DNA from: Perkinsela sp. CCAP 1560/9
Taxonomy: Eukaryota > Protista > Euglenozoa: Kinetoplastea
DNA: 64,000 bases
Assembly (NCBI GenBank): GCA_965644495.1
Contig: CBFFSA010000007.1
Location: 682,001 to 746,000 of the forward strand
Direction of reading: 5' to 3'
The notes under the pieces were generated by a model, which made no database searches, was not told the origin of the DNA, and worked only from the letters and a program-made list of their open reading frames with translations. This document shows, in pieces, positions 1-10,290 of the stretch. A program made the translations under genes and the position numbers. Positions within the stretch are counted from its first letter, which is position 1. Every line of letters starts with the position of its first letter.

Positions 1-1222
1 CGCTCTTAAGCTCGAAGACGGACTCCACCGTCGTCCCCTTATCCACTTTGTAGACCATGTAGTTGCGCTTCCTCGTTCCGTAAGACGTCATCACCTTGAG
101 ACCCAGCAGACTGCGCGGCCCGTTCTTGTTGAGGTAGTCCAGCGCAGTTACACGTGCTTCCACATGACTTCGAGGATGAACAATGAGAACAACACCGTTG
201 TCTGTCAACTGGAATGTTGCAAAGTAACCAGGTACCACAATCATATCGCGATACACACGTTGCCGAGTGAAATCGCAGTATATTTTTCCTGTTCGGCGAA
301 GATCTAATGATTCCAGAATTCGGCATAACACATGATTGTACACTTGCATCGTTTGTTCCTCATTAGAGCGGGGGTTGAGTTGCACCTTAGTGATGTCTTC
401 TTTGCGTAGTTCCATTGTGGTCTTGAAAGATCCAAGGGAGACTTCACGTGAAAGCGGTTCTTGCAAATGTTCGGAGATATCCTCAAGGCAATAAAAGTTA
501 GTTCCAGAGATGATCAAATCGAGCTTCTTGAGGTATTCCTTTTCTAAGACTTGGCGAAGATATCCGAATAGAAGCTTCTTACGTTGAATTTCGCTGATGT
601 TTTCATTTTTCTCGATGCTGAGGGGATACATGTAGACCTCCGCCTTACTGATGGAGACATTGACAGCATTCCACATTACGTCGCGGCATGGTGCACGCTG
701 ACGGAGGGCGTCACGTTCGGATGCCATCAAACGACCACGTTCCGTCCTGTCTTTATCAGCCCAGAAACGATCCCAACAGCCACTGCAACAGCGTTTATTG
801 GGGACGTCCGCATGCTTTCCTACTCGGCATAACTTACCACAGCTGTCGCATTTGGCGTACTCGCTCCCAATGAAGGGCATCATGCTTCCGGTGCCCGGAC
901 CACCTCCCATGGGACCGCCCATCGGACGGGGACCACCGGGTGCACCACCCGGAGGGCCACCTGGTCGTCCTCCAGGAGCTGGGCCACGATCGTCTCTTCG
1001 GTAGTTGTCGTTTCGGCGATCATCGCGGCGGTTGTCATCCCGGCGATAGTCTTGGCGCTGGTCACGCGAGCGATCGTCCCTGCGATAGTCGTCGCGACGG
1101 TCATCGCGTCGATAATCATCACGACGGTCATCGCGCCGATAATCATCACGACGATCATCGCGCCGATAATCATCGCGCCGGTAGTCGTCACGTCGGTAGT
1201 CGTCGCGTCGATTGTAACTCAT
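1..1222 (-). CDS. PIWI/Argonaute-family protein, 5' part (runs off the left edge; absent from the ORF track)
   Basis: Manual translation from ATG at 1222 stays open to the window edge (~407 codons): MSYNRRDDYRRDD...; N-domain-like DVMWNAVNVSISKAEVYMYPLSI; QVYNHVLCRILESLDLRRTGKIYCD; L1-like VVPGYFATFQLTDNGVVLIVHPRSHVEARVTALDYL; PAZ start LLGLKVMTSYGTRKRNYMVYKVDKGTTVESVF. These follow the Piwi order QxYNxxxRxxxxxLxLxxxGRxYYD / PGYxTSI / LIGxIVLTxYNNxTYRIDDID. Confidence 0.85.
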   Translation of the reverse strand, partial: MSYNRRDDYRRDDYRRDDYRRDDRRDDYRRDDRRDDYRRDDRRDDYRRDDRSRDQRQDYRRDDNRRDDRRNDNYRRDDRGPAPGGRPGGPPGGAPGGPRPMGGPMGGGPGTGSMMPFIGSEYAKCDSCGKLCRVGKHADVPNKRCCSGCWDRFWADKDRTERGRLMASERDALRQRAPCRDVMWNAVNVSISKAEVYMYPLSIEKNENISEIQRKKLLFGYLRQVLEKEYLKKLDLIISGTNFYCLEDISEHLQEPLSREVSLGSFKTTMELRKEDITKVQLNPRSNEEQTMQVYNHVLCRILESLDLRRTGKIYCDFTRQRVYRDMIVVPGYFATFQLTDNGVVLIVHPRSHVEARVTALDYLNKNGPRSLLGLKVMTSYGTRKRNYMVYKVDKGTTVESVFELKS

Positions 1223-1925
1223 AGAATTTGGTTAAAAGTAGTTAAATTTTCAGGTTCCGTTGTATGTCCTTGTTGTATCTGACATACAACAATTAGGACA
1301 TAATGTCCGAGAAACGACTTATTGATGTTGCATGTGATTAAACAGAGAAACTATGGGAGACTTTTATACATTCAGCGAATTGTGGGTTAAGTTGTTTCAT
1401 ATCAGCGAATCACTACAAGAGTAATCATCATGGAATTTTCTGGAGATACGTGGAAACAGTGTTTCATTGTGACAACCGGTCATCTACAGACTCTCCATTG
1501 CATTTTTATCCCCCCAGACCCTTTTTTCATTCATTCTCGAGCCAGCAATCCTTCGGAGGTTTCACCTGCTTCGGATTCCGCTCCTTCGATTTCAAGTCCT
1601 TCAATCAAGACTTCCCCAAGTCAGCGAGATCGGATCGCAATCCCTGGACATAGCTACAACAATAATTGTTGTAATATTAATTGGTTAAAAGTAGCTAAGA
1701 AGAAAGAAATTAGTGACAAAGTTTATTGAAATTGTTCATGAGATGAAACCACAGGACCTTTTGAAGCTGAGTGAGCCGGCATAAAATATGGGAAATACAT
1801 GTATGCATAGACCATGAGGCTGGTATAGAAGGCGAGTGTGCACTGTTTGGATGTAGTGCGTGAGTTTTTATTGTAGTGGCATGGGCGAAATGAATCTTCG
1901 GGAAATGTACAGAAGTTCCATGTAG

Positions 1926-3878
1926 TTATTCGACCCATCCTGTTAGCCACGTTAATGAATTACTTTGTGAAACTGAAGGTTCATCAGAACCGTTTCGTGT
2001 TGCATCATCAGAAAGCTTTCGATTAGGAGCTTGTGACGGTTCTTTTTTAAGCATAGGAGGCGGAAGGACATGATTAAATCCCTTTAAGATTTCTGGGTGC
2101 CAGGGCAACTGTGATGTTGCTATGCGTCGACGATTAATCGGAAAAGGGAGGCCATGAGTTGATTTGCCTGTACTTATGTCATTCCTGGGAGAATGAGATT
2201 CTGTGATTCCTGATTCTTTTGAAACTTGCGCAGAATTAAACTTTTCCCAATTAAGGTAAGATCCTGCGCTCCATTGCCTAGTGAATAGATCATCACTAAA
2301 AGACAAGATAAACCAGTTGGTAGTTTGACATGTATGTGATTCAGGTGGGTAGAAGTCTGCGGTGTCTGGATAAGTGTCGATGGGACCCAAACAGTGAATG
2401 TCTAACTCCAGACAAGGGTTCACGTGTTGTTCAGGTGGCGTACTGACTTCGACCCCGTCTTCACTGACAAGAAAGGTACAATTTCGTAACACAGAAGAGC
2501 TGGCATCCTGTTCGCTAGAATCCTTGGGAATGAATCTGTCTGCTTCGGTACAAGGTAACAGCTGTGTGCGAACAGGATCTGGTAAGCACTCGGGATAGGT
2601 TACATAGCGTGCTAGCGTTGGATCCAATTTTATAATGTATCGATACATAGAATGATCAATGGACTCTGGAGCAAGCACACAGTTCCTACCGCCGCCCGAT
2701 ACATTATTACTATTACGGTTTAAGGCGCCCAAAGCGTCCATAGTTTCTTGTCTTTTGAGCTGCAGGGAGGTATGTATTCCCTTTGACTTCAGATAGTTAC
2801 CTTCTGATTCCATGTTTTTGAATGCTCGATTCAACAAAGGGTCTTGGCGTCTCGCATAACTCTGAAAGAAAAGGAGTACATGAAGCACTACCATAGTATA
2901 TTGACAATGTAACGCAAGAACACGTAGCCCATTGATTTCTTGTGAAGAATATCGAAGCCAAGTTCGATGGTGAAGTTCAACTTCCTGAGACCATAGAAAA
3001 TGCTGCAACTCCCCAATAATAGCTTCGAAAATATCTGGCCTTGTAAAAACAGAACCACTTTTGTTCGTCGTCAAAACCTGGTCTAGGTCCAAAAACCGAT
3101 ACGCAGTTTCAAACGCTGCGTTGCTGGTTATTCTAGAACACAGGTCGATACATAAAGATGGATCCGAGCCTATTAGTGCGCTGATAATTTCAAAGCTAAT
3201 GCAGTAGATTGTTTGATCACCAATCCACTCCATTCGGTCGAACGCATGACGCTCGTCATCGTAGCTCACGGAAAAGTTAAGGATACCGTAGCGAATGAGG
3301 AGGCTCAACGCTTTTCGAAGGTTCAAACCAGTGAGAACAAGGTCTGTAGGATCGCATAAATCGGGAATGAGCGGAAAAGGTGATGCAGTAGTGCAGCGCC
3401 TTTCGGATGATACATGACAATAAAGATTTACTGGATATCTACCAAAAGCGAGGAAAGCCCATCTACGTAGAACGCTCTCTCTGCGATGATACGGATATAG
3501 TGATAAGAAAGTTTTATACATTATACGAGATGTATCGTGTCCTCCAGTTGTCAGATGCTCTCTCAAACCTTTATCTGCCATTGAGTTGCACATCCAACAC
3601 CAATCTCGTTCAGATTCGTACCAGAATTCCTTCGAAAAAAAGTAGCAATCAGGGTGCGGATAGGCTTCAAGAAAATCCTCTATGAAAACTTTACCATCAA
3701 TTGATCTTCTGTCATCAAATTTAGAACTCGTTGTATCTATTCTTGGGTAAGGCTGAGATTCACAATTTCCATCAATTGAAAAGTTGTTTCGCTTACCTTC
3801 AGCGAAAGGAGAATTTCGATTATCACTCTTTTCTTCAAGCTTAGAAGCCAGCAGCCCTCTCGAAGTGCTGAGTAACAT
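1926..3878 (-). CDS. KREN-type RNA-editing endonuclease (U1-like zinc finger + RNase III); ORF open to 4106
   Basis: WCWMCNSMADKGLREHLTTGGH (U1/matrin ZnF), RNase III signature FDRMEWIGD and second motif DIFEAIIGEL. MLLSTSRGLLASK at 3878 resembles a mitochondrial presequence. Which KREN paralogue it is cannot be decided by eye. Confidence 0.8.
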   Translation of the reverse strand: MLLSTSRGLLASKLEEKSDNRNSPFAEGKRNNFSIDGNCESQPYPRIDTTSSKFDDRRSIDGKVFIEDFLEAYPHPDCYFFSKEFWYESERDWCWMCNSMADKGLREHLTTGGHDTSRIMYKTFLSLYPYHRRESVLRRWAFLAFGRYPVNLYCHVSSERRCTTASPFPLIPDLCDPTDLVLTGLNLRKALSLLIRYGILNFSVSYDDERHAFDRMEWIGDQTIYCISFEIISALIGSDPSLCIDLCSRITSNAAFETAYRFLDLDQVLTTNKSGSVFTRPDIFEAIIGELQHFLWSQEVELHHRTWLRYSSQEINGLRVLALHCQYTMVVLHVLLFFQSYARRQDPLLNRAFKNMESEGNYLKSKGIHTSLQLKRQETMDALGALNRNSNNVSGGGRNCVLAPESIDHSMYRYIIKLDPTLARYVTYPECLPDPVRTQLLPCTEADRFIPKDSSEQDASSSVLRNCTFLVSEDGVEVSTPPEQHVNPCLELDIHCLGPIDTYPDTADFYPPESHTCQTTNWFILSFSDDLFTRQWSAGSYLNWEKFNSAQVSKESGITESHSPRNDISTGKSTHGLPFPINRRRIATSQLPWHPEILKGFNHVLPPPMLKKEPSQAPNRKLSDDATRNGSDEPSVSQSNSLTWLTGWVE

Positions 3879-4616
3879 TTCTCGTAACGCCGAATTTGAA
3901 GACAAAGAAACTGAGTAAGAAGGGACAGGAGAATTTATAAAGTGACAAGGTTGGGCAACATTACTGTCGTCCTGCACCCCGGAAATATGTGTGGAATATC
4001 GAGTTCGTCTGGTATCAAAAATATAGCTCACTTCAAAAGGCACCAGAAAACATATTCGGTTTCTAATGGCGGCTTGATAAGCCCACGACTGCACCGTCAA
4101 CTTCATTTCTTAAAATCGAGTCTGTAGAGTCTGGAAATGAGTTGCCAAAGGATCATTTTTTGAAGGCTTAGCTCTGGCAACTTTTGTACGTGAACGTGCT
4201 TACATACCTCAAACTTTCGCTTACGTGCATCAAACTTTGCAAAACGGATAAAGACAGCTATTCGAACAGTTCTTTCGATATTGCGGGATCGATATTGCAC
4301 GTACGATATCTTATATTGTACAAATATTAAAAAAATGGCCTGCTGTATACCTACAGTGCCGGTTTCATTCTCAAAATACATCGATTTCCGAAACACATGT
4401 TTCGGCATTGTGCGATATTGACTGCATTAGTAATATACAGGTATACTTATACAGGTGTATATTCGTACATGTGAATTTACACATTTTGCGAAACATATTT
4501 ACAATTTACGAAACAAATATCCTGACGTTGCTGAAGTTCTAGATTAGAAGTTTGGTCGTTGCGTGATAGTGAAAATGTGCATTTTCATTGGCAACACGAA
4601 AGTGAACTCAGATGAA

Positions 4617-5714
4617 TTAATAATCCGTCCTCCTTAAGTCACTACCTTCGCTGAGGAAGAGCTCTCCGACACATGAAATTTTGTTATCCCTCCATGTACC
4701 CGTAAATCGAGTTCCATCGGGAAGCGTCACTGTGGCCTTCCCTTCCTTGCACCCCTTCACCCATTCACCGTCATAGACGCTGCCATCGGGGAGGTACAGC
4801 TTCCCACTTCCATGTCTTAACTCGTCCTTACACTGCCCCTCATATCGAGCCTTGTTGTTATACACCGTGACCCCTTTGCCATAAGGTGCATCATCGCGCC
4901 ACTCCCCTTTATAGCGGTTGCCGTTCGCGTAGCGCAACACGCCGCGGCCATGCTTTTTCCCCTCGACCCAGTTTCCGCGGTAGGTATCCCCCTCCGCGTA
5001 GGCAAGCGTTCCAGTGCCATGAGCCTTGTCCTCCCGCCACTCCCCTTCGTAGCGCTGTCCGTTGGCATAGACCAACGTCCCGGTACCGTGCTTGGCATCC
5101 GCACGCCACTCCCCCTCATAGACGTTTCCGTTCGGAAACCGGTACACCCCCTTCCCCTGCATCTTATCCTCCACCCAATCCCCATCATAGACCCCACCAT
5201 CGGCGTAGTGATAAACTCCACGACCATGCATCTTTCCCTCTCGCCACATCCCCTCATAGTACTCCACAACTGTCCCCGCACGGGTACTACCACCACCACC
5301 GCGGCTGCCATAACTCACCTTCCCCTTTCCATGTCTCTTATCCTCCCGCCACTCCCCCTCATACCGGTCCCCGTTCGCGTAGAGGTAGCTCCCGGTGCCG
5401 TGCATCTTCCCGTCCCGCCACTCCCCCTCATAGACATCCCCGTCGGCGTGCTCGAGTGTGCCGTTGCCGTTAATCCGGCCAAAGACCCAGGTTCCGGAGT
5501 ACCGATTGCCGCTGGCGTAGCGACACACCCCGGTGCCATGGACTTTGTCCTCGACCCAGTCCCCAGTGTAGACGGAGCCGTCGGCGTACTCGTACCGGCC
5601 GTTGCCGTGGCGCTTGCCGTAGACCCACTGGCCGTTGTACTTTTCCTTGTTCGGGTAGACCAGACACCCGGAGCCGTGCATCTGACCGTTTTCAATCTCC
5701 CCTTGGTAGTGCAT
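4617..5714 (-). CDS. MORN1: MORN-repeat protein, MORN1 orthologue
   Basis: ~15 MORN repeats (YxGxWxxxKxHGxG). N-terminus MHYQGEIENGQMHGSGCLVYPNKEKYNGQWVYGKRHG and C-terminus ..LSEGSDLRRTDY closely resemble trypanosomatid MORN1 as I recall it. Start placed at ATG 5714. Confidence 0.9.
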   Translation of the reverse strand: MHYQGEIENGQMHGSGCLVYPNKEKYNGQWVYGKRHGNGRYEYADGSVYTGDWVEDKVHGTGVCRYASGNRYSGTWVFGRINGNGTLEHADGDVYEGEWRDGKMHGTGSYLYANGDRYEGEWREDKRHGKGKVSYGSRGGGGSTRAGTVVEYYEGMWREGKMHGRGVYHYADGGVYDGDWVEDKMQGKGVYRFPNGNVYEGEWRADAKHGTGTLVYANGQRYEGEWREDKAHGTGTLAYAEGDTYRGNWVEGKKHGRGVLRYANGNRYKGEWRDDAPYGKGVTVYNNKARYEGQCKDELRHGSGKLYLPDGSVYDGEWVKGCKEGKATVTLPDGTRFTGTWRDNKISCVGELFLSEGSDLRRTDY

Positions 5715-6002
5715 GCGAAATGGGGAGGGTTGTAGGGGATGAGAAAGAACTTGAATGAGAAGAGGGTAAAGGGGTAATTTGCAAAGGTAAAGGATGGAGG
5801 GTATATACAATATACATGTATGTAAGTTGGAGAAAAGTGATAGTGACAAATCAAATGAAGAGATATGCTTTCTTTAATGCTGGATGGTTACGCATAGCAA
5901 ACAAAAATGAGCCAGCCTGCCTTATGATAGGAACATAGAAAAGAGGCCGTCGTTAAAATCATTGTTACTAAGTGGAGGCGAAACGTGTTTTAAGGCACCT
6001 AA

Positions 6003-7250
6003 TCATGTGGATGGATGAGCCTTCAGAACCCCGTCTTGCAAAGCAAAAGGAGAATCTTGAAAAATCGCTTCTGATTTATGCTCTGACTTTGGTGTTTTGA
6101 TTTGCGTCACTTTTTTCGAAGCTTGATTTTGCTGTTCACGGTTATAGTCCATTATACGGCGGAGCAACTTGGACAGCATTTCGGTCCAGTTAAAATCCTT
6201 TGTTGTGTAGTCCACAAATTTACCCTCAGGATCCATTAGGTAGTGAATAATGCTGTGATCAACAAGGTAATCAGTGGGACTTGTGCTTTCATCCGAAATA
6301 GAAAAATAGACACGATAGGCTCTTGCTACTCTTTCAATGTCTTCTAAATTCCCAGTCAACGCCAATATACGTGGATGGAAGTCGCTGATATATTCTTTTA
6401 GTACATCAGGTGTGTCTCGTTCAGGATCTACCGTAATAAATACAGGCTGCCATATTTCTTTTCCGATCTTTTTATCGAGTTGAGTAATCATGCGGGTCAG
6501 TTTCTGCATCTCGTTCGGACATATGTCTGGACAGTTCGAGAAGCCAAAATAGATGTACAGCCATTTCCCCCTGAGATCTGTGTCCTTAACTATTTTTCCG
6601 TTCGTATCAATCAATTCAAACGGACCCCCTATAGAAGGACCTCCTGGTTGATCAAAGGTTCGTATTTGTCGAATTCGTGGATCAAATCTACGGCGTTCGT
6701 TACGTAAACGAAAGCACACTATAACATATCCCACTGTGGCAGCAAGAAAAAGGAGTGCATAGAGCATCCAAATAGGATTATCGGTAAACTCGTCCAATGC
6801 AGTGAAGATTTTTTGTACTGATGTCTTCATTGCACTGTCCTCTCGGTCAAGGTATTCTTGCAAAGTATACACCGTGTAGGGCCTATCCTGTACAGAACCT
6901 TTTTGTGCATCATATAGCTCCAATTCATCGTCCCCGGCATCTGTGCGCCGTGCCCATCGTACTGAAGTTCTCCACAGGGAAAAAGACGCGAAATGGGGCC
7001 TGTATCGGCCTGGCACCTCACCAGAGGATTGCGTCAAGATCTGTGGGGTGTGAGATCTAAAAGAGAAATTAGCAGGGGTAGATGAATATACACGATCTTT
7101 CAACTTGCCGTAACTCAAACCAAAAAGTAAATTTCGTTTGCTTACGGAAGTTGAGCATCCTTTCTTGAAAGCTTTGTCTACAAAACAGATCCCATCAGAC
7201 TGACCACACTGCCCATTAGGAAGGCCAGATCTTCTAGCAAGAAGATTCAT
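6003..7250 (-). CDS. SCO1: SCO1/SenC cytochrome c oxidase copper chaperone
   Basis: TM helix, then IGGPFELID, YFGFSNCPDICPNE (CxxxC), FITVDPERD, YLVDHSIIHYLMDPEGKF. Confidence 0.95.
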   Translation of the reverse strand: MNLLARRSGLPNGQCGQSDGICFVDKAFKKGCSTSVSKRNLLFGLSYGKLKDRVYSSTPANFSFRSHTPQILTQSSGEVPGRYRPHFASFSLWRTSVRWARRTDAGDDELELYDAQKGSVQDRPYTVYTLQEYLDREDSAMKTSVQKIFTALDEFTDNPIWMLYALLFLAATVGYVIVCFRLRNERRRFDPRIRQIRTFDQPGGPSIGGPFELIDTNGKIVKDTDLRGKWLYIYFGFSNCPDICPNEMQKLTRMITQLDKKIGKEIWQPVFITVDPERDTPDVLKEYISDFHPRILALTGNLEDIERVARAYRVYFSISDESTSPTDYLVDHSIIHYLMDPEGKFVDYTTKDFNWTEMLSKLLRRIMDYNREQQNQASKKVTQIKTPKSEHKSEAIFQDSPFALQDGVLKAHPST

Positions 7251-7520
7251 CTTATGGGAACACCAAATATTATGGCAACGCCGTATTAAGACATTACTGT
7301 AAACAACCGCAACAGGAAAGTGATAAAAGGCTAAGAAAAAAAGAAATAGCATAATTTTAACAAAAAAAATCCAATATTTCAAAAAATTAGGAGTTTTTTA
7401 TCAAATATAGTTTCTTATTTTTTGAATATATCCAATCCTCACATGATGTGCGGGAACCAAGTGTCGCGCAACGTACTTCAAAAACAGAACAATACATTTT
7501 GTTCACTACATAAAGAGCAC

Positions 7521-8469
7521 TTTTTTTTCCTTCAGCCCCCGAGCCCATTAGCGCACGCCCCTACGGTACCAATTTTGTACCGCGGCATGCGCTATCTGGG
7601 CGTTCCCCTTTTGGATGGCTACCCCGATTGCCATGATAAAGTGGCTGAGGCAACCATTCTTCTCGCCTGTGGCCTTCCGAGCGACCAGATTTAGAAACTG
7701 GGGGGTCTCGGGGACGGGGACACCGTACGTGGTGAAGGCCAGCGGGAAGAAATCCATCTTCCTGGCCCCCGCCATTTCTTCGTGAGTACGCCTTTTGAGG
7801 CGTTCGGCCTGTCTCACGGTGAAGGAGGGGTCTGCTGCCTCCTTGTCCACATAAGACGGTGCCAGTGGGTTCACCACCGTCACGTCTACGAGGACGAGCT
7901 TCCGCCCCAAAAGGAAACAGATGTCCGGTCCCCGCCCGTTGTCGAACCTAGGTTCGACTAGGTCCGGGGAGAATCCGTACTGGGTCAGTAGGTTCCTGAA
8001 GGTTTCCTTAACCCCCTTATGGCGAGAGGCCTGTGTCTTGCCACGAAACTTTTTGCAATCCATGGCATGGACGCAGAAATCCTCGTTTTTGAGGGCTGCG
8101 CCACACACACATTGGATCTCAGGTTCGGAGGTGGGGGCCACCATGTACCGGAGCCTAGCGGCGGTCTCCTATTCGGGATCCCGCATGTAGTACTCCGGCC
8201 TGTTCGGCCACGCGTTCATCCACTTGGTGGAGTGGGTGTTCTGGATCTGTCGCATGCAGACCAGATGCGTGGCCGACGGTGCCTTGTCCATAGCCGCCGC
8301 CCCATAAGCGCTGCTCCCTGGCTGGGGTGCCAGGGGATCGGCCTTGTAAGGCCTTGACGGCTTTGGCCTGCATGTCCTCCGCCTTGTCTTCGAAGGGGAT
8401 GGTGCCCAGGAAGTCCGCCGTAAAAAGTTTGTTTGCGAACGGCGTCGTTCCTATTGCACCCATCCCCCC
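7521..8469 (-). mobile_element. 5'-truncated CRE-clade (SLACS/CZAR-like) non-LTR retrotransposon relic with REL endonuclease
   Basis: GGMG (RT thumb end), a frameshift near 8350, then KWMNAWPNRPEYYMRDPE*ETAARLR, CCHC knuckle CVCG..HAMDC, RH...VEPR...GPD...VDVTVV...AERLK...FFPLAFTTYG...IQKGNA. An A8 tail sits ~20 nt after the stop (T-run 7521-7528). Confidence 0.88.
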
Positions 8470-9306
8470 TATAGTTTATAGTGTTTCAAGAAAATGTGTA
8501 GTACTATTAACCTCGTTTATAGTACTATAAACACTATGTAGTACTATAAAAACTATATGGTGTTTATCAGTGTTTCATGTCCAGAAAGGCGCGCGGTAGA
8601 CAGATCGGTCGATGGACCTGGAGGAATTTCGCGGGGCAGGAGAGAGCCGATGAAGGTGTAGAGGCTTAGAGGGGTCACGTGATGTCAGGTGGAGCAAGTG
8701 GTGTGGATACGCTGACGCGTAGAAAAACGTGAAAAGAGTTGTAGTTTTTGTGCAGAAATGGAAAAAGACGGGATCCTATAGCTCACAACACGCATTACAG
8801 TTGTCCTTCAACGAGTTCCCGTTAGATCACTCGTTGAATCCTAGACGTGGCGTATTCAATGGCAAGATAAAACACAAAAACACATCGCAGAGCCTGCAAG
8901 ATTCAATATCTGCAAAATTCATAATCTTTTGAAGAAATTTGAAGAATCACTTACCCGCTATTTCACATTTATACATTATATTTCGGCAGGAAAGGCGACC
9001 TAAAAAGACAAGGCGTTTGGGCTGGAACACATCTGAAATTAAAGTAGGCGGACTTCCCCATCGACCTCAACGAAGTGTGAAACCACGACGCTTGTTGAGC
9101 ATAATGATGAGAAAAATAGTGAGAAATCTTTCAAGAAAACGGGAGGGATAAAAATAAATTGCGTCGAGTCGGCATTTCAAGCAAAACGTTCAGAAAAAAT
9201 TTACTAAGAAAAATAGTAAAAAATATAGTTTTTATATATAGTGTTTCAAAGTTTATAGTACTATAATAGTACTATAAAATAGTTTTTGTAGTTTTACGGA
9301 CCTCTG
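8470..9306. mobile_element. hAT-like non-autonomous element, copy 1 (left TIR lost)
   Basis: 8470-8790 is near-identical to 33950-33978 + 34640-34928. 9197-9306 matches 35740-35840 and ends in the TIR TAGTTTTACGGACCTCTG. Repeated TAGTACTATA subterminal palindromes are present. Confidence 0.85.
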
Positions 9307-9481
9307 GATGAAACAATTCAGGTTCGGGGTCGGTTCGCCTGGGTTCGCCTGGCGCAATCTATTCCCCTTCTACTAATTCTTATTTATTACTTTTTTATTA
9401 ATTCGTCCTTTTTATTCGTTTTTCTGTTTTTTAATGTATGTATTGAATACATACCTTATTCTAATATATCTATCATATTAA

Positions 9482-10290
9482 ATGTTGCAAGACAGCGACA
9501 ACTGCAACATCATTAAGGAACTGTACGGAGTTCCTATTGATGGGACTATTCTTCTTGAAGCATTAGTGCTCATGTCACAGGCTCGTGATACAGGGCTATT
9601 GTTTCATGAAAATGCGTCCAAAACGTCGCTTTGTCGGGTGAAGGAGAAGAATCTTACAAACACTTGCATGCATCCGTACCATCACCGGTACCTCCGACCC
9701 CTTTTTATAACAAGAATATAACATAAAAAGATCAACAACATCTCCCTAAAGCTCCTGGCTCAAAGCTTGAATGCGAAGCAACAATACGCAATCCGCGTAC
9801 ACACACCTTCAGAGACAGGTGAAGCTGTAAAATTGTTTGTTAAAAAGGTGGAGGAGGTTATTCAGACGTGGCTGGGTCTGCTTACGGCAGAGAAAATCGA
9901 GCCGGCTCGCCTTCCTATTAAGAAAGGGGGATTGCGATTGACTTCGCGTACTAACATTAGAGAGGCGGCATATACTTGTAATACTTCGCTTCATATGACA
10001 AAAGAGCGCCAAAATTCCTTTTCTGCTCGTGCCAATGGAGTGAGGGGCAACGGAATTCTCAACGCCGGTAACTCCCACGATCTAGTACCACCAACACACG
10101 ACAAGAACAATCGCAGCGATATACCACGACGAAGTACTAAAGATCATAGAGAAGGACCCATTCATCTCCAAGATCCTAAGGGCAACGACGATAAATGGGC
10201 CAGAGCGAGACATTCCTGCATCCAAGCGCGAAGCTGAGGTACGAAGTGTGCTTCGAGGAAAGGTTGCGAGAACTGGCGGTAATTTTTTTT
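9482..10290 (+). pseudogene. Second CRE-like reverse-transcriptase relic (thumb/C-terminal region)
   Basis: KQQYAIRVHTPSETGEAVKLF...WLGLLT...ARLPIKKGGLRLTS...REAAY matches the CRE-type LPxxxGGLG motif. It contains stops and frameshifts. Confidence 0.7.

Noticed and set aside
798-1282. Listed ORFs over the RRDD repeat (798+, 880-, 940+, 1052+)
   Set aside because: Shadow frames of the repetitive Argonaute N-terminus.
1-4106. Argonaute plus adjacent RNase III gene as an Ago-Dicer module
   Set aside because: The RNase III protein has a single domain preceded by a U1-like ZnF and a presequence-like start, which is the editosome KREN layout. Adjacency in polycistronic units rarely implies shared function.
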